A stretch of 26,838 nt of DNA, from NCBI GenBank assembly GCA_038231275.1, contig JBBRLQ010000058.1, positions 1 through 26,838 of the forward strand. Reading direction: 5' to 3'. A program made the position numbers and the translations under genes. Of the stretch, positions 25,361-26,838 are shown in pieces; position 1 is the stretch's first letter, and every line of letters starts with the position of its first letter. Origin of the DNA: Polyangiales bacterium (GTDB lineage: Bacteria > Myxococcota_A > Polyangia > Polyangiales > Polyangiaceae). A model generated the notes under the pieces. The model searched no databases and was not told the DNA's origin. It worked only from the letters and a program-made list of their open reading frames with translations.

Positions 25361-25910
25361 ATGAGCCGCGTTCGTGTCCTGATTATCGACGACTCGGTGC
25401 TTGCCCGGCGCTTGCTCGGGCAAGCGCTCGAGGGCATCCCGGAAGTGGAGGTCGTCGGGGTCGCCGCCAGCGGAAAGATCGCGCTCCAGCGCGTGCCGCA
25501 GGTGAACCCCGACGTCGTCGTCCTCGACGTGGAGATGCCCGAGATGGACGGTTCTTGCGACGTTGGGCGCCCTGCGAAGAACCCATCCCAATCTCCGCGT
25601 CATCATGTTCAGCGCCACGCCGGAGACGGAGGCGCTCGCGATCGACGCGCTCACGCAGGGCGCGAGCGACTACGTCGGCCAATCGCTCTTAGGTCCGGCG
25701 ACGGAGGTGATCGCCCGGCTACACGCGGACTTGGCGCGTCGATTGAGGGGGATCACGGCGGGCTCGGCGCGGCCTCCCAAGGCAGCGGCCCCGCCGGCGC
25801 CCCGTGTGAGCGCGCTCGTGGTGCCGCCACGCGCGATGCCCTCGTCGCGCGTGACGATCGTCGCGATCGGCGCATCCACTAGAGGTCCCAACGCGGTGAC
25901 CGACGTGCAC
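25361..25910 (+). pseudogene. cheB: CheB (REC-methylesterase) pseudogene
   Basis: RVLIIDDS...LDVEMPEMDG, then one extra T at ~25553. The other frame continues LATLGALRR...VIMFS...DALTQGASDYV...IVAIGASTRGPNAV (GASTGGP altered), after which the esterase domain is missing. Confidence 0.85.
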
Positions 25911-25943
25911 CGGCCAGTAGTACTTGAGGCCAACGATCGGTCC

Positions 25944-26051
25944 GACGGATATCTGTTCCTCGGTGGCGCGGAAACCCCTCAGCAGACCGACGCTGCGCTA
26001 GTCGTCGAGACCGGCTGCGACGGCGGCTGCTACCGGCTGAAGGCGAGCTGA
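25944..26051 (+). pseudogene. cheR: C-terminal remnant of CheR methyltransferase
   Basis: DGYLFLGGAET...CYRL matches the CheR C-terminal G.L.LG..E motif and is joined in frame to the cheB remnant. Confidence 0.6.
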
Positions 26052-26083
26052 CACGAGCAGGCCCGACCTCACGCGAGCCGGAC

Positions 26084-26120
26084 AAAAGCAAAAAGCCCGC
26101 AACGCGTTGGCGTCACGGGC
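26084..26120 (-). terminator. Intrinsic terminator of the rRNA operon
   Basis: Minus strand GCCCGTGACGC-CAAC-GCGTTGCGGGC followed by TTTTTGCTTTT, downstream of 5S. Confidence 0.8.
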
Positions 26121-26160
26121 ATTTTGGGGATTTTCGCGTCCTCGAGGGGCGCATAAAAAA

Positions 26161-26278
<118 letters not shown>

Positions 26279-26417
26279 ACTGTTGGGTTCCGACGATCTC
26301 TCAGTCTTTTGTGCTGATCGTTTCGTCCTAACTCAGCTCCGACTCATCTGATTGAGTCGAGCGAGGACTTCGCAACCCGAATCCTGGGTGCGAGGTCTCG
26401 ATACTTACCTTAGAGAC

Positions 26418-26838
<421 letters not shown>

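Noticed and set aside
26279..26417. Hairpins in the 23S-5S spacer as a separate RNA or tRNA
   Set aside because: No tRNA cloverleaf or T-loop; consistent with normal rRNA processing stems. The ORFs called over the rRNA genes are spurious.

Overview
High-GC chromosomal window, most likely from a myxobacterium (Myxococcota, probably Polyangiales). This is inferred from a MYXO-CTERM-type sorting tail, Cys-rich lipoproteins with DAG-rich linkers, and CIRCE-controlled groESL. It runs from a partial groEL and groES (perfect CIRCE) through about 25 mostly intact genes: hypothetical pair, cytochrome c, FGE-family protein, MYXO-CTERM surface protein, tandem DUF1579-like lipoprotein, acyl-CoA dehydrogenase, HpnA-like epimerase, response regulator with a histone-H1-like tail, ferritin-like diiron protein between two Cys-rich lipoproteins, SCP2 protein, truncated PtsP-like protein, M20 amidohydrolase, ApbE, CoxE-like VWA, PDZ-thioredoxin, tRNA-Arg(ACG)-tadA and a large monofunctional transglycosylase. 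It ends with a decayed MCP-cheB-cheR remnant and the 3' end of an rRNA operon (23S, 5S, terminator). No mobile element or CRISPR array is seen. Main candidates for novelty: (1) an unannotated ~320-nt minus-strand transcript with a strong sigma54 promoter, an A-poor body with ten GCUU motifs and flanking hairpins, resembling a protein-sponge sRNA; (2) the ferritin-like diiron / Cys-rich lipoprotein trio; (3) a PtsP-like pseudoenzyme lacking the phospho-His and the PEP-binding domain; (4) a receiver domain fused to an H1-like basic tail; (5) tadA starting 3 nt after its own substrate tRNA. All family assignments come from motif recognition by eye; no database searches were run.
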